Below, piece by piece: positions 49,674-59,130 of a DNA stretch of 64,000 nucleotides. The translations under genes were made by a program, and so were the position numbers. Source of the DNA: an uncultured Chloroflexia bacterium (GTDB taxonomy: Bacteria; Chloroflexota; Limnocylindria; QHBO01); contig CAWFCQ010000002.1 of the NCBI GenBank assembly GCA_963814375.1, positions 128,001 to 192,000 on the forward strand, in the 5' to 3' direction. How positions within the stretch are numbered: position 1 is the stretch's first letter; the number at the start of each line of letters is the position of its first letter. The notes beneath the pieces were generated by a model. It was not told where the DNA came from. It did not search any database and saw only the letters and a program-made list of their open reading frames with translations.

Positions 49674-50507
49674 TCAGCGGCTGCGGCGAGGGCGGGGGAC
49701 CGCCATGGGTGCGGTGGCCCGCGTCGAGGATGTCGCGGACCGCCGCTCGGAGGCCTCGAAGGCGTAGACCGCGAGCGCGGTGATCACGAGGCCGATGAAC
49801 GCGCCGATCGCGGTGTTGAAGAGGATCCGCGGCGAGGAGGGATCGGTGGGTGGCACGGCCGGCTCGACCACGACCAGCCGGTTCGCAGAGCTGGTCAGCT
49901 GCTGGAGCACGGAGTCGCGCTCCTGACGCAACTGGTCGCGCTGATCCTGGAGCACGGATAGCCGGTTCTCCTGCGCCGTCGTCAGGGTCGGGAGGGCGAG
50001 GAGCTCGCCGACCTGCGTCGTGACCGCGGCAATCTGCTCGTCGAGCGCGGTCAGGTCATCCGCGGTGACTGGGTCGACAGGATTCTCCTCGATGCCGGCC
50101 AGGAGGACTTGGGCCAGGCCGTTGGCGATGTCCGCCGCATCCCCCGGATCGGCGGCCTCCGCGGTGATGACGATCAGGGTGCTGTTCGCCGGCGCCCGGA
50201 CCTCGACCGATGCGGACAGCTCCTCGGGAGTCATGTCGAGCCCGAGCTGGCCGATGACGCGGTCGAGACTGGGGCGGGCCGTGGCCACCTCGGCGTAGGT
50301 CTGCGCGATGACCTGCGATGCCAGCAGCTGGGTGTAGTCCGGGTTTGGGCCGGTCAGCGACTGGCCAACGAGAAGGCGCGTCTCCGCCGTGTAGGCCTTG
50401 GGGAGGAGGCTGGAGATGATGAACGCGGCCGCGCCGGCCAGCGCCATGCCCACGAGCATGACGAGCAGCCAGTCACGGATGAAGATCAGCCAGCCTCGGA
50501 CGTCCAT
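49674..50507 (-). CDS. Polysaccharide chain-length regulator (Wzz/CapA/YveK family)
   Basis: Two TM helices, PKAYTAETRLLV, a short coiled coil and VEPAVPPTDPSSPRILFN; AGGAG RBS. Confidence 0.88.
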   Translation of the reverse strand: MDVRGWLIFIRDWLLVMLVGMALAGAAAFIISSLLPKAYTAETRLLVGQSLTGPNPDYTQLLASQVIAQTYAEVATARPSLDRVIGQLGLDMTPEELSASVEVRAPANSTLIVITAEAADPGDAADIANGLAQVLLAGIEENPVDPVTADDLTALDEQIAAVTTQVGELLALPTLTTAQENRLSVLQDQRDQLRQERDSVLQQLTSSANRLVVVEPAVPPTDPSSPRILFNTAIGAFIGLVITALAVYAFEASERRSATSSTRATAPMAVPRPRRSR

Positions 50508-50671
50508 CGGTCTCCTACGTGGTCGCAGCGACGACCGGCCGGTGGCTCGGAAGGATCACGGTGGATGGCGCGGCGGTCGTTGCCGGCAGTCCCCCCGCGT
50601 CCCACCCGGCACGCCAGACGGTCGGGGACGCGACTGTACACGTTCGCGCCGCCGGTGGGTAGTCGCCCCAA

Positions 50672-52084
50672 TCAGGCGCGCGCCGTCGCCTCCTGGCCCT
50701 CGGGCGTGTCGCGTACCTCCACCCCCATCGCCGCCAGCTCGTCGCGCAGCGCGTCGGCGCGGGCGAAGTCGCGTTCAGCCCGTGCGGCGGCTCGGCGCTC
50801 GAGCAGATCATCCGCCCCTGCGGGCAGCGGGATCTCGCTCTCCGCCGGCAGGTCGAGACCCACGGCGAGCACGTGGTCGAAGTCGAGCAGCAGCGCGCGA
50901 CGTGCGGCATCGTCGAGGTCATCCGCCGATGCGACCTCGTGCGCGATCGCGACCGCGCGCGGGGTGGCGAGGTCGTCGACGACGGCATCGGTGAAGCGCC
51001 GGCGATAGCCGGCCATCGGCTCGGTGCCGAGGTCGACGGTACCGTCGGGGCCGGCTGAGGCTCGCCGCAGCCTGGCCAGGCCGCTGGTCGCCGCGTGCAT
51101 CGCATCGGTCGTGAAGTCGAGCTTGCTGCGGTAGTGGGCCGTGAGGGCCAGGTAGCGGAAGGCGAGCGGCTCGTAGCCCAGCTCCGGGAGATCGGCGACC
51201 CGGATGATGTTGCCCGCGCTCTTGGCCATCTTCGCGTCGTCCATGGTCAGGAACTCGCCGTGCAGCCACATGCTGACCACCGGATGGCCGAGCGCGCCCT
51301 CGGACTGGGCGATCTCGTCCTCGTGGTGCGGGAAGCGCAGGTCGATGCCGCCGGTGTGGACGTCGAACCGCTCGCCGAGGTGCTTGAGGCTCATCGCCGA
51401 GCACTCGATGTGCCAGCCCGGGAAGCCGTCACCCCACGGCGAGGCCCACTTCATGAGGCGGCTGGCGCCCGCTCGCTTCCAGAGCGCGAAGTCGGCCGGG
51501 TCGCGCTTGTCCGACTCGACCTCGACGCGGTGGCCGGCATGGGTCTCCTCGACCTTCTGGCCGGACAGCTGCCCGTAACCGGGGAAGGCGCCGACGTCGT
51601 AGTAGATCGTGCCGTCGACCTCGTAGGCGAGGCCCCTGGCGACGAGTCGCTCGGTGAGCGAGATCATCTCGGCGATGTGCTCGGTCGCCTTCGGCATGAC
51701 GTCGGCGGGCAGGATGTTGATCAGCGCCTCGTCCTCGAGCCACGCCCGCGTGTAGTAGTCCGCGATCTCCGCCGGCGTCTTGCCCTCCGTCTCGGCGGCT
51801 CGCTCGATCTTGTCCTCGCCCTCGATCGCGTCGAGCTGGTCGTCGCGCATATGCCCGACGTCGGTGATGTTCTTCACGTAGAGAACCTCGTAGCCGAGGT
51901 ACTCCAGGGTGCGGTGGAGGAGGTCGCCGAAGAGGTACGTCCGCAGGTTGCCGATGTGCGCGTACTTGTAGACCGTGCTGCCGCAGGTGTAGATGCCGAC
52001 CCGGCCCGGCTCGAGCGTGACCAGCGGCTCGGTGCGGCGAGTCAGCGTGTTGTGCAGGCGCACCTGCGGCAGGGGATCGGCCAT
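50672..52084 (-). CDS. cysS: Cysteine--tRNA ligase
   Basis: YTCG.TVY, HIGN, NITDVGH, DFALWK, PGWHIECSAM, FPHHEDEIAQ and KMAKS. Confidence 0.97.
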   Translation of the reverse strand: MADPLPQVRLHNTLTRRTEPLVTLEPGRVGIYTCGSTVYKYAHIGNLRTYLFGDLLHRTLEYLGYEVLYVKNITDVGHMRDDQLDAIEGEDKIERAAETEGKTPAEIADYYTRAWLEDEALINILPADVMPKATEHIAEMISLTERLVARGLAYEVDGTIYYDVGAFPGYGQLSGQKVEETHAGHRVEVESDKRDPADFALWKRAGASRLMKWASPWGDGFPGWHIECSAMSLKHLGERFDVHTGGIDLRFPHHEDEIAQSEGALGHPVVSMWLHGEFLTMDDAKMAKSAGNIIRVADLPELGYEPLAFRYLALTAHYRSKLDFTTDAMHAATSGLARLRRASAGPDGTVDLGTEPMAGYRRRFTDAVVDDLATPRAVAIAHEVASADDLDDAARRALLLDFDHVLAVGLDLPAESEIPLPAGADDLLERRAAARAERDFARADALRDELAAMGVEVRDTPEGQEATARA

Positions 52085-52122
52085 GGGTCAGGCATTGTAC
52101 CGACGGGGCGTAGGATGCACCG

Positions 52123-52764
52123 ATGCCGCAGCCGGACGCCTCCGACGCTCTCCCGCTGACCATCGGCGAGGAGCCGAGGTTCTGTCCCGCCTGCGGCCGA
52201 CCGGTCGAGGCCCGCACGATCGAGCCCGACCATCGCCCTCGCCTCGTCTGCGCCGAGGGTCATGTCACGTGGCGCAATCCGCGCGTCGTGGTGGGCACAC
52301 TGCCAATCGAAAGTGGGCGGGTCTACCTCGCGCGCCGCGCAATCGAGCCGGCGCTGGGCCGATGGGGCAACCCGAGCGGGTTCCTGGAGCTGGGGGAGTC
52401 CGTCCAGGAGGGTGCTCGGCGCGAGACGGAGGAGGAGACCGAGCTCCGGGTGGAGGTCGGCCGGCTCATCGGCGTCTACTCGCGGCCGCAGGCGGGAATC
52501 GTGACGATCGCGTTCGAGGCGGCGGTTGTCGGCGGGCGTCCCGAGCCGGCGGCCGAGACGAGCGAGGTGCGGGCATTCGGACCCGACGAGATCCCGTGGG
52601 ACGAGATCGCCTTCAGCACGGCGGAGAGCGCCCTCCGGGACTGGGTCGCCTCGCTCCCGGGCCGGGGTCCGAGGCTCGAGCCGGAGCTCTACGTCACCGG
52701 CGACGCCGACGAGCGAAGCACCTCGCCACGCACCGGGACGCCCACGCCGAGAAGCAGCCCGTAG
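52123..52764 (+). CDS. Nudix hydrolase with N-terminal zinc ribbon
   Basis: RFCPACG...VCAEGH and a Nudix box GFLELGESVQEGARRETEEE. Confidence 0.9.
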   Translation: MPQPDASDALPLTIGEEPRFCPACGRPVEARTIEPDHRPRLVCAEGHVTWRNPRVVVGTLPIESGRVYLARRAIEPALGRWGNPSGFLELGESVQEGARRETEEETELRVEVGRLIGVYSRPQAGIVTIAFEAAVVGGRPEPAAETSEVRAFGPDEIPWDEIAFSTAESALRDWVASLPGRGPRLEPELYVTGDADERSTSPRTGTPTPRSSP

Positions 52765-53162
52765 CCGAGCGTCGCGAGGATCGGGACGATGTGGGTCGCG
52801 AAGACGACCCCGTCCGCGTCCCGAGTGAAGGCGGCCGCGATCAGGCCCCACGCCAGCAGCGCCACGATCGGGGCGGCCACCGTCAGCGTCATGCGGACGG
52901 TGAAGAAGCGGGCGAAGAAGTACGCGAAGCACATCCCGATGAGCGCGCCGCCGGCCTGGATCGCCGCCAGCCCGAGCACGAACGCCAGCTCCGGCGAGTC
53001 GGCCACCGGCGTCATCGCCAGCGCAAAGGGCCGCAGTGGAAAGAGCGGATCGCCGAGGGCGAGGCCTGCGAGGAGCATGGCGATCGCTGCCCACACGTAG
53101 CCCCCCGCCAGACCGGCGATGAAGCCGCGGTAGGCAAGCCGCAGGCCGTTGACCTCGGTCAC
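52689..53162 (-). CDS. Hypothetical multi-pass membrane protein
   Basis: GTG at 53162, 6 nt after TACGCT; four hydrophobic helices. Confidence 0.7.
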   Translation of the reverse strand: MTEVNGLRLAYRGFIAGLAGGYVWAAIAMLLAGLALGDPLFPLRPFALAMTPVADSPELAFVLGLAAIQAGGALIGMCFAYFFARFFTVRMTLTVAAPIVALLAWGLIAAAFTRDADGVVFATHIVPILATLGYGLLLGVGVPVRGEVLRSSASPVT

Positions 53163-53244
53163 GGGTTGAGCGTACGGCGCGGCCGGCCCGATCCCGACCG
53201 AGCCGAAGGTACGGTCAGCCCCCGTACCCGCGGTGCGGGTGGGC

Positions 53245-54510
53245 TCATCCCGCGTAGCGCTGGAAGATCGCCACGGCGTTCTGGCCGCCGAACCCGAACC
53301 CGTTGACCCCCACCACGTCGACGGGCATCCGGCGCGCGGTGTTCGGCACGTAGTCCAGGTCGCACGCCGGGTCCCGGCGCTCCTGGTTGATGGTCGGCGG
53401 GATGAGGCCATCGCGGATCGCAAGCGTGGCCGCCAGCGCTGAGATGGCGCCGGCCGCCCCGAGCGTGTGCCCCACCATGCTCTTGTTGCTCGTCACCGCC
53501 AGCCGCCCGGCGTGCTCGCCGAAGGCGCGATGAATCGCCTTCGTCTCGGTGGCGTCGTTGAGCGGGGTGGACGTCCCATGGGCCACCACGACCTGCACCT
53601 GCTCGGCCTCGAGATGAGCGTCGCGAACCGCGCGCGTGATCGCCTGCGTCGCACCGTCCGCCGACGGGTCGGGCGCCGAGATGTGGAAAGCGTCGCCGGT
53701 CAGCGCCCCGCCCGCGATCTCGGCGATGACGTCCGCGCCGCGGGCCTCCGCGTGCTCCGCGGACTCGACGACGAGGATGCCCGCCGCCTCGCCGAAGACG
53801 AAGCCGTCGCGATCGGCGTCGAACGGGCGTGACGCCGCGGCCGGGTCGTCGTTGCGCTTGGAGAGCGCGCCCATGTTCGCCAGGGCCGCGAAGCTCACCG
53901 GCATGATCGCGCTCTCGGTGCCGCCGGCCACGACGACCTCGACGTCGCCGTGCTCGATGAGGCGCTGCGCCTCGACGAAGGCCTGGACGCCCGCCGCGCA
54001 GGCGGCGACCGAGGTGATCACCGGGCCGCGGATGTCGTTCTGGATGCTGATCTGGCAGGCGGCCATCGACGGCGACATCATCGGCACCATGAATGGGCTG
54101 ACCCGCTTCGCGCCCTTCTGCAACAGGGTGGTCTCGCCGATGGCCACCTCCTGGAGCCCTCCACCGCCGGTGTTCACGACCACGCCGACGTCGTCGCGGT
54201 TGTGCTCGCCGATCTCGAGGCCGGCATCGTCGATCGCCTGGCGCGCGGCCGCCACCGCGAGCTGGGCGAATCGGCTCATCCGCCGAGCCTGCTTGTGATC
54301 CATCCAGTCGCGTGGCTCGAAGCCCTTCACCTCGGCCGCGATCCGGACCTCGTAGTCGGAGGGGTCGAACGACTCGATGCGGGCGACCCCGGAGACCCCG
54401 CCGGTGAGGTTGGACCAGAAGGTGCCGACGTCGTTGCCGATCGGCGTGATCGCCCCGAGCCCGGTGATGACGGCTCGTCGCGCTGGGTCGCGCGGGGGCG
54501 GCGGTCGCAC
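53245..54510 (-). CDS. fabF: Beta-ketoacyl-ACP synthase II (downstream copy)
   Basis: VITGLG, VAACAAG (catalytic Cys), SRPFDADRDGFV, AHGTST, KSMVGH and GFGFGGQN. Confidence 0.93.
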   Translation of the reverse strand: MRPPPPRDPARRAVITGLGAITPIGNDVGTFWSNLTGGVSGVARIESFDPSDYEVRIAAEVKGFEPRDWMDHKQARRMSRFAQLAVAAARQAIDDAGLEIGEHNRDDVGVVVNTGGGGLQEVAIGETTLLQKGAKRVSPFMVPMMSPSMAACQISIQNDIRGPVITSVAACAAGVQAFVEAQRLIEHGDVEVVVAGGTESAIMPVSFAALANMGALSKRNDDPAAASRPFDADRDGFVFGEAAGILVVESAEHAEARGADVIAEIAGGALTGDAFHISAPDPSADGATQAITRAVRDAHLEAEQVQVVVAHGTSTPLNDATETKAIHRAFGEHAGRLAVTSNKSMVGHTLGAAGAISALAATLAIRDGLIPPTINQERRDPACDLDYVPNTARRMPVDVVGVNGFGFGGQNAVAIFQRYAG

Positions 54511-54511
54511 C

Positions 54512-55792
54512 CTAGTCCTCGTAGCGGCGCAGGATGACCGTGCTGTTGTGCCCGCCCAAACCCATCGAGTTCGAGAGGGCGACCCGGACATCGGCCGCCC
54601 GTGCCTCGTTCGGGACGTAGTCGAGCGTCAGCTCGGGGTCGGGATGGCGGTAGTTGATCGTCGGTGGCAGACAGCCGGTCATCACCGCCTTGGCGCACAC
54701 GAAGGTCTCGATCGCGCCGGCCGCGCCCATCGCGTGCCCGGTCATCGACTTCGTGCTCGAGACGGCCAGCCGGTCGGCGTGATCGCCGAAGACGTCGCGG
54801 ATGGCCATCGTCTCGAATCGGTCGTTGAGCGGCGTCCCTGTCCCGTGGGCGTTGATGTAATCGACATCGTCCGGGCCCATGCCGGCCCGCGCCAGTGCGG
54901 CGCGCATCGCTCGCTGGTTGCCCTCGCCCCGCTCCGCCGGAGCCGCCATGTCGAAGGCGTCTGCCGAGGAGCCGTAGCCGATCACCTCGACCAGGGGCCG
55001 CGCACCGCGGGCAAGCGCGTGCTGGAGCTCCTCGAGCACCAGGACGGCCGAACCCTCCGAGACGACGAACCCGTTGCGCGTCGCGTCGAACGGGCGGGAG
55101 GCCATCGGGGGGCTGTACGCGCCGGAGTCGGGGTCGATCGGCGTGCCGAGCGCGCGCATCTGGCCGAAGCCGGCGATGGCGAGCGGGACGAGCGGCGCCT
55201 CGGTGCCGGCGCCGAGCATGATGTCGGCCTGGCCACGCACGATGGCCTCCATCGCCTCGCCGACCGCGTGGCCGCCGGTTGCGCACGCGCTGACGACCGC
55301 GAGGTTGTGGCCGCGGATCCCGTACTGGATCGCCACCTGGCCGGACGGCGAGTCCGGAAGCATGTGGGGCAGCATGAATGGCGAGACCCGGCGCGGTCCG
55401 CGCTCCATGAGCGTCACCTGGCCGTCGAGCAGCAGTCCGATGCCGCCGATGCCGGTCCCGAAGACCATCCCGAACCGATCGGCGTCGACGTCTGCGGTGA
55501 CGTGCCCGTCGTCGCCGAGGAGCCCGGCGTCGCCCAGCGCCTCACCGGTTGCCGCGACCGCCAGGTGCGTGCTGCGATCGTGACGCCGGGCGTCCTTGGC
55601 GTCCATGTAGCTCGTCGCGTCGAAGCCCTTCACCTCGCCCGCCACGTCCACGTCGAAGCCGGAGGCGTCGAAGAGCGTGATCGTGTCGATGCCCGAGCGG
55701 CCGGACACGAGCCCATCCCAGGTCGCCTCGGCCCCGATCCCGACCGGGGAGACGATTCCCAGCCCGGTGACGACCGCCCGCCGGTCGGTCAC
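54512..55792 (-). CDS. fabF: Beta-ketoacyl-ACP synthase II (upstream copy)
   Basis: VVTGLG, VSACATG, SRPFDATRNGFV, NAHGTGT, KSMTGH and SMGLGGHN. Confidence 0.93.
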   Translation of the reverse strand: MTDRRAVVTGLGIVSPVGIGAEATWDGLVSGRSGIDTITLFDASGFDVDVAGEVKGFDATSYMDAKDARRHDRSTHLAVAATGEALGDAGLLGDDGHVTADVDADRFGMVFGTGIGGIGLLLDGQVTLMERGPRRVSPFMLPHMLPDSPSGQVAIQYGIRGHNLAVVSACATGGHAVGEAMEAIVRGQADIMLGAGTEAPLVPLAIAGFGQMRALGTPIDPDSGAYSPPMASRPFDATRNGFVVSEGSAVLVLEELQHALARGARPLVEVIGYGSSADAFDMAAPAERGEGNQRAMRAALARAGMGPDDVDYINAHGTGTPLNDRFETMAIRDVFGDHADRLAVSSTKSMTGHAMGAAGAIETFVCAKAVMTGCLPPTINYRHPDPELTLDYVPNEARAADVRVALSNSMGLGGHNSTVILRRYED

Positions 55793-56745
55793 GCAGGCGT
55801 CTCGCGGAAGGCTGCCAGCCAGGCGCGCGGGTCGGGCAGGTCGACGGCGTGGGTAACCGCGTCGGGGCTGATGCGGCGAATGAGGCCCGAGAGCACGCGT
55901 CCGGGCCCGACCTCCACGAAGTCGGTGACCCCGGAGGCCGCCATGTGCCTCACGCTGGCCGTCCACTGGACGCCATGCACCAGGTGCTCGGTGAGCTCGC
56001 TTCGCAGGCCATCAGCGGTGCTGATGACCGATGCGTGGACGTTGCCGAGCATCGGCACCTTGGGGTCGCGGAAGGGCACCCTGGTCAGGATGCGCCCGAA
56101 CTCGTCGCGGGCGCGGCGCATGAGGGGTGAGTGGCTGGCCACGCTGACGGTGAGGCGGACCGCCTTGCGCGCGCCGACCGTCTTGCTCATCTCGAGCGCG
56201 AAGGCGAGCGCCGGGACCACTCCCGAGAGGACGATCTGGCCGGGCGCATTCTTGTTCGCCACGGAGATCTCGCCGTGCTCGCGCGCGGCGTCGACGATGT
56301 CGTGCACCTGCTCGTCCGTCAGGCCGACGACGGCCCCCATGCCGCCCTCGATGCCGCGCTCCTGCATGATGCGGCCGCGTTCGCGCACGAGGCGCAGCGC
56401 ATCGGCGTAGTCGATGGCATCCGCGGCGACCGCCGCGGCGTACTGGCCGGCCGAGTGACCGGCGACCGCGCTCGGGAGGATCTCGATGCCCGCCTCACGC
56501 GCCACCTCGCGCATCGCCTCGAGATACGCGACGCTCGTGGCGAGGATCGCGGGCTGGGCGTTGACGGTGAGGTCCAGCTCCTCCGCCGGTCCCTCCAGGA
56601 TCATGCGCGTGAGCGGGATGCCGAGCGCGGCGTCGGCGCGCTCGAAGGCGGCGGCGGCGGCGGGGGATCGCTTGACCAGGTCGGCGCCCATGCCCACGTA
56701 CTGTGAGCCCTGTCCCGGGAAGACGAGGGCGATGCGGCGGGACAT
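55789..56745 (-). CDS. fabD: Malonyl-CoA:ACP transacylase
   Basis: FPGQGSQ, AQPAI, AGHSAG, VSVASHSPLM and EVGPGRVL. Confidence 0.94.
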   Translation of the reverse strand: MSRRIALVFPGQGSQYVGMGADLVKRSPAAAAAFERADAALGIPLTRMILEGPAEELDLTVNAQPAILATSVAYLEAMREVAREAGIEILPSAVAGHSAGQYAAAVAADAIDYADALRLVRERGRIMQERGIEGGMGAVVGLTDEQVHDIVDAAREHGEISVANKNAPGQIVLSGVVPALAFALEMSKTVGARKAVRLTVSVASHSPLMRRARDEFGRILTRVPFRDPKVPMLGNVHASVISTADGLRSELTEHLVHGVQWTASVRHMAASGVTDFVEVGPGRVLSGLIRRISPDAVTHAVDLPDPRAWLAAFRETPA

Positions 56746-56842
56746 CGGTTCGGTCCCGGGATCGGTCTGATGGGTCATCGTTGGCTGTGCCGTAATTGCG
56801 TGCGCGGAAGTATAGGGCCGTGCTCCGACCCGGGCCAACGCC

Positions 56843-57733
56843 CTATCGGTCGCAGAAGCCGCCGTGGATGGGCTCCACTGCGAACGTCGGAGGGTCGGCT
56901 TCGTTGTCGACATCGATGAGCTCGTGCCATGCCGGATAGACGAAGACGTCGAGGCTGATCTCGAGCTCGTGCGGGTGCGTCGCATAGCGACCTTCTCCCG
57001 GCCCGTCGCGGAACTCCTCCTGCGCGTCCGCAAGCCATTCGCGGTCCCAGGTGCAGGACTGGGCGATCTCCTCCTCGGTCCAGCCTTCGGTGTTCGGCCC
57101 GTCCTCGGCGGCGCTGGCGAGCGTGCAGGCCCCGAGCGCCCATCTACCGATGGAGCGCAGGTTCTCCCTGGGAGCGCGCGCCACGATCTCACGGTCGCCA
57201 TCGGGCTTCAGCTGCTCGGCCGCCGCGGCGGATGCGATCCGCAGAGCGGAGTCGACGTCGGCACCAATCGCGGGCGGCGCCACAGTGGCGAGCTGCCCGA
57301 GATGCGCGATGAGGACCTGGCGCTCGAGCAGCGCGCCGGTCGCCCAGCCGAGCTTGCCGAGCAGCGGCTCCCAGGTGGCGCAGGCGGCCTGATCGTCCGG
57401 GAGACCACTGACATCCGGCAACCGCACGCCGGCGAGCGCCGACTCGAAGGTGGCCATGAGCTCGTCGACCTGCTCCTCCCATTCATCGGGAACCGGGGAC
57501 GGCCCGATCAATGCCGTCCGGACCGCGTCGAGGTCGATCTGGATCGCCGTCCCGGACCGTGACGAGGGAGCGGGGGACCCCTCGGGTGTCGCCGAGGGCA
57601 CAGACGCCGGCGCGCTGGCCGACGGGCTCGCGACGGCCGGCATCGGCGTGCCGCTGCGCGCGCAGCCCGCGACGAGGAGCGCGAAGGCAGCAACGAAGAA
57701 GGCGGCTCGGGCGATGCCGCGTCGCAGAGTCAC
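56843..57733 (-). CDS. Hypothetical lipoprotein
   Basis: GTG at 57733; lipobox LLVAGC, an S/P/A linker and an acidic Cys-containing domain. Confidence 0.7.
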   Translation of the reverse strand: MTLRRGIARAAFFVAAFALLVAGCARSGTPMPAVASPSASAPASVPSATPEGSPAPSSRSGTAIQIDLDAVRTALIGPSPVPDEWEEQVDELMATFESALAGVRLPDVSGLPDDQAACATWEPLLGKLGWATGALLERQVLIAHLGQLATVAPPAIGADVDSALRIASAAAAEQLKPDGDREIVARAPRENLRSIGRWALGACTLASAAEDGPNTEGWTEEEIAQSCTWDREWLADAQEEFRDGPGEGRYATHPHELEISLDVFVYPAWHELIDVDNEADPPTFAVEPIHGGFCDR

Positions 57734-59130
57734 GGCGTCCGGCAGGCGTACCGCGTGACGACCTCCGCCAGGACGGGCAGGCCGAACGCGAGCGCGCTGA
57801 CCGGCACGCGCTCGTCGTGGCCGTGGAACAGGCTGAGGAAGGGGACATCGGCGTCCAGCTTCAGCGGCGCGAAGCCGTAGCACGGGATCCCCAGGCGCGC
57901 CAGCGCCTTGGCATCGGTCCCGGGCGTGATCATCATCGGCACCGGTGTTGCTTCCGGGTCGGCGCTGCGGAGCGATGCCTCCATGAGCCGCACGATCTCC
58001 GCATCGACAGGCCACTCGATCGCCGGCAGGGTCACCACCGCCTCGACCTCGGCATCCTCGCCGACTACGTCCTGCAGGTGGTCGAGAAGTGCTTCCTGAT
58101 CGGTCCCGGGAAGCGTCCGCACGTCGACTTCCGCCTCACCGGCGCCGGGAATGACGTTGACCTTCTTCCCGGCACGAAGGACATTCGGAGTGACCGTATC
58201 GCGCAGCATGGCGTCGATCGAGCGGCGGAGGACCGGATCGGCGACCCGGTCGGAGAGCACGGCCGCCGCAGCGTCCGGGTCGGTGGTGGCCAGCTCGGCG
58301 ACCTCGTCGAGCCCGACCCCGCGCAGGAAGTCCGCGACGAGCAGCGTCACGCGCGCGGGGCGCGCGGCCTGGTCGACGGCCAGCGCCGTCACGGCGCGCG
58401 CCAGCCGAACCGCGGCGTTGGCCGGATGGGGCATCGAGCCGTGGCCGGGCGTCCCGCTCGAGCGGAGCCGGGTCCACGCGATGCCCTTCTCGGCCACCTG
58501 GATCGTGTAGAAGCGCCGGTCGCCGAGGGTCATCGAATAGCCGCCGACCTCGTTGATGGCCGCCGCCGCCGGCCGGCCCTCGGCATCGCGGAAGAGCTCC
58601 GGCCGTTCGACGACCAGCCCACCTGCGCCATGCGATCCACCGGCCTCTTCGTCGGCGACGGCGGCGAAGATGACATCGCGCTCGAGCTCCGCGCCGGAGC
58701 GCTTCAGCGCGAGCATCACCGCCAGCTCCATCGCCACCATGTCCTTCATATCGACCGCGCCGCGGCCCCAGATCACGCCGTCGAGCAGCTCGCCGCCGAA
58801 TGGGTCGCGTGACCATGCCTCGGCATCGACCGGCACGACGTCGAGGTGGCTGAGGAGCACGAGCGGCGGCTCGGTGCTGCCTGACGCCGCCAGGCGCGCG
58901 AAGCACGAACCGCGTCCGGGGACGAGCTCGATCACGTCCGCGGCGATGCCGGCGCCTGCCAGCACCTCGGCGCAGTAGCGGGCGGCCGCCGTCTCGCCGC
59001 CACGCGGGTCGAGGCCGGCCGCGACGTCAGGCCCGCCGTCGGGCGGATTGACCGATGGGATGCGGATGAGGCCGCGCAGATGCTCGATGCAGCCGTCGAG
59101 GTCGAGGTGCGGACCGAGGTCGACGCTCAT
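57730..59130 (-). CDS. M20/M25/M40 family metallopeptidase/deacylase
   Basis: SHLDVVP, GRGAVDMK, ADEEAGG, GHGS, GTDAK and HGHDER. Confidence 0.92.
   Translation of the reverse strand: MSVDLGPHLDLDGCIEHLRGLIRIPSVNPPDGGPDVAAGLDPRGGETAAARYCAEVLAGAGIAADVIELVPGRGSCFARLAASGSTEPPLVLLSHLDVVPVDAEAWSRDPFGGELLDGVIWGRGAVDMKDMVAMELAVMLALKRSGAELERDVIFAAVADEEAGGSHGAGGLVVERPELFRDAEGRPAAAAINEVGGYSMTLGDRRFYTIQVAEKGIAWTRLRSSGTPGHGSMPHPANAAVRLARAVTALAVDQAARPARVTLLVADFLRGVGLDEVAELATTDPDAAAAVLSDRVADPVLRRSIDAMLRDTVTPNVLRAGKKVNVIPGAGEAEVDVRTLPGTDQEALLDHLQDVVGEDAEVEAVVTLPAIEWPVDAEIVRLMEASLRSADPEATPVPMMITPGTDAKALARLGIPCYGFAPLKLDADVPFLSLFHGHDERVPVSALAFGLPVLAEVVTRYACRTP

Noticed and set aside
52689-52764. Convergent 3' overlaps (also 41512-41554) as antisense regulation
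   Set aside because: Short tail overlaps are common in GC-rich genomes with few stop codons, and there is no further evidence.
53245-55792. Type II PKS KS/CLF pair
   Set aside because: Both retain the catalytic Cys, and no ACP, cyclase or aromatase genes are adjacent.
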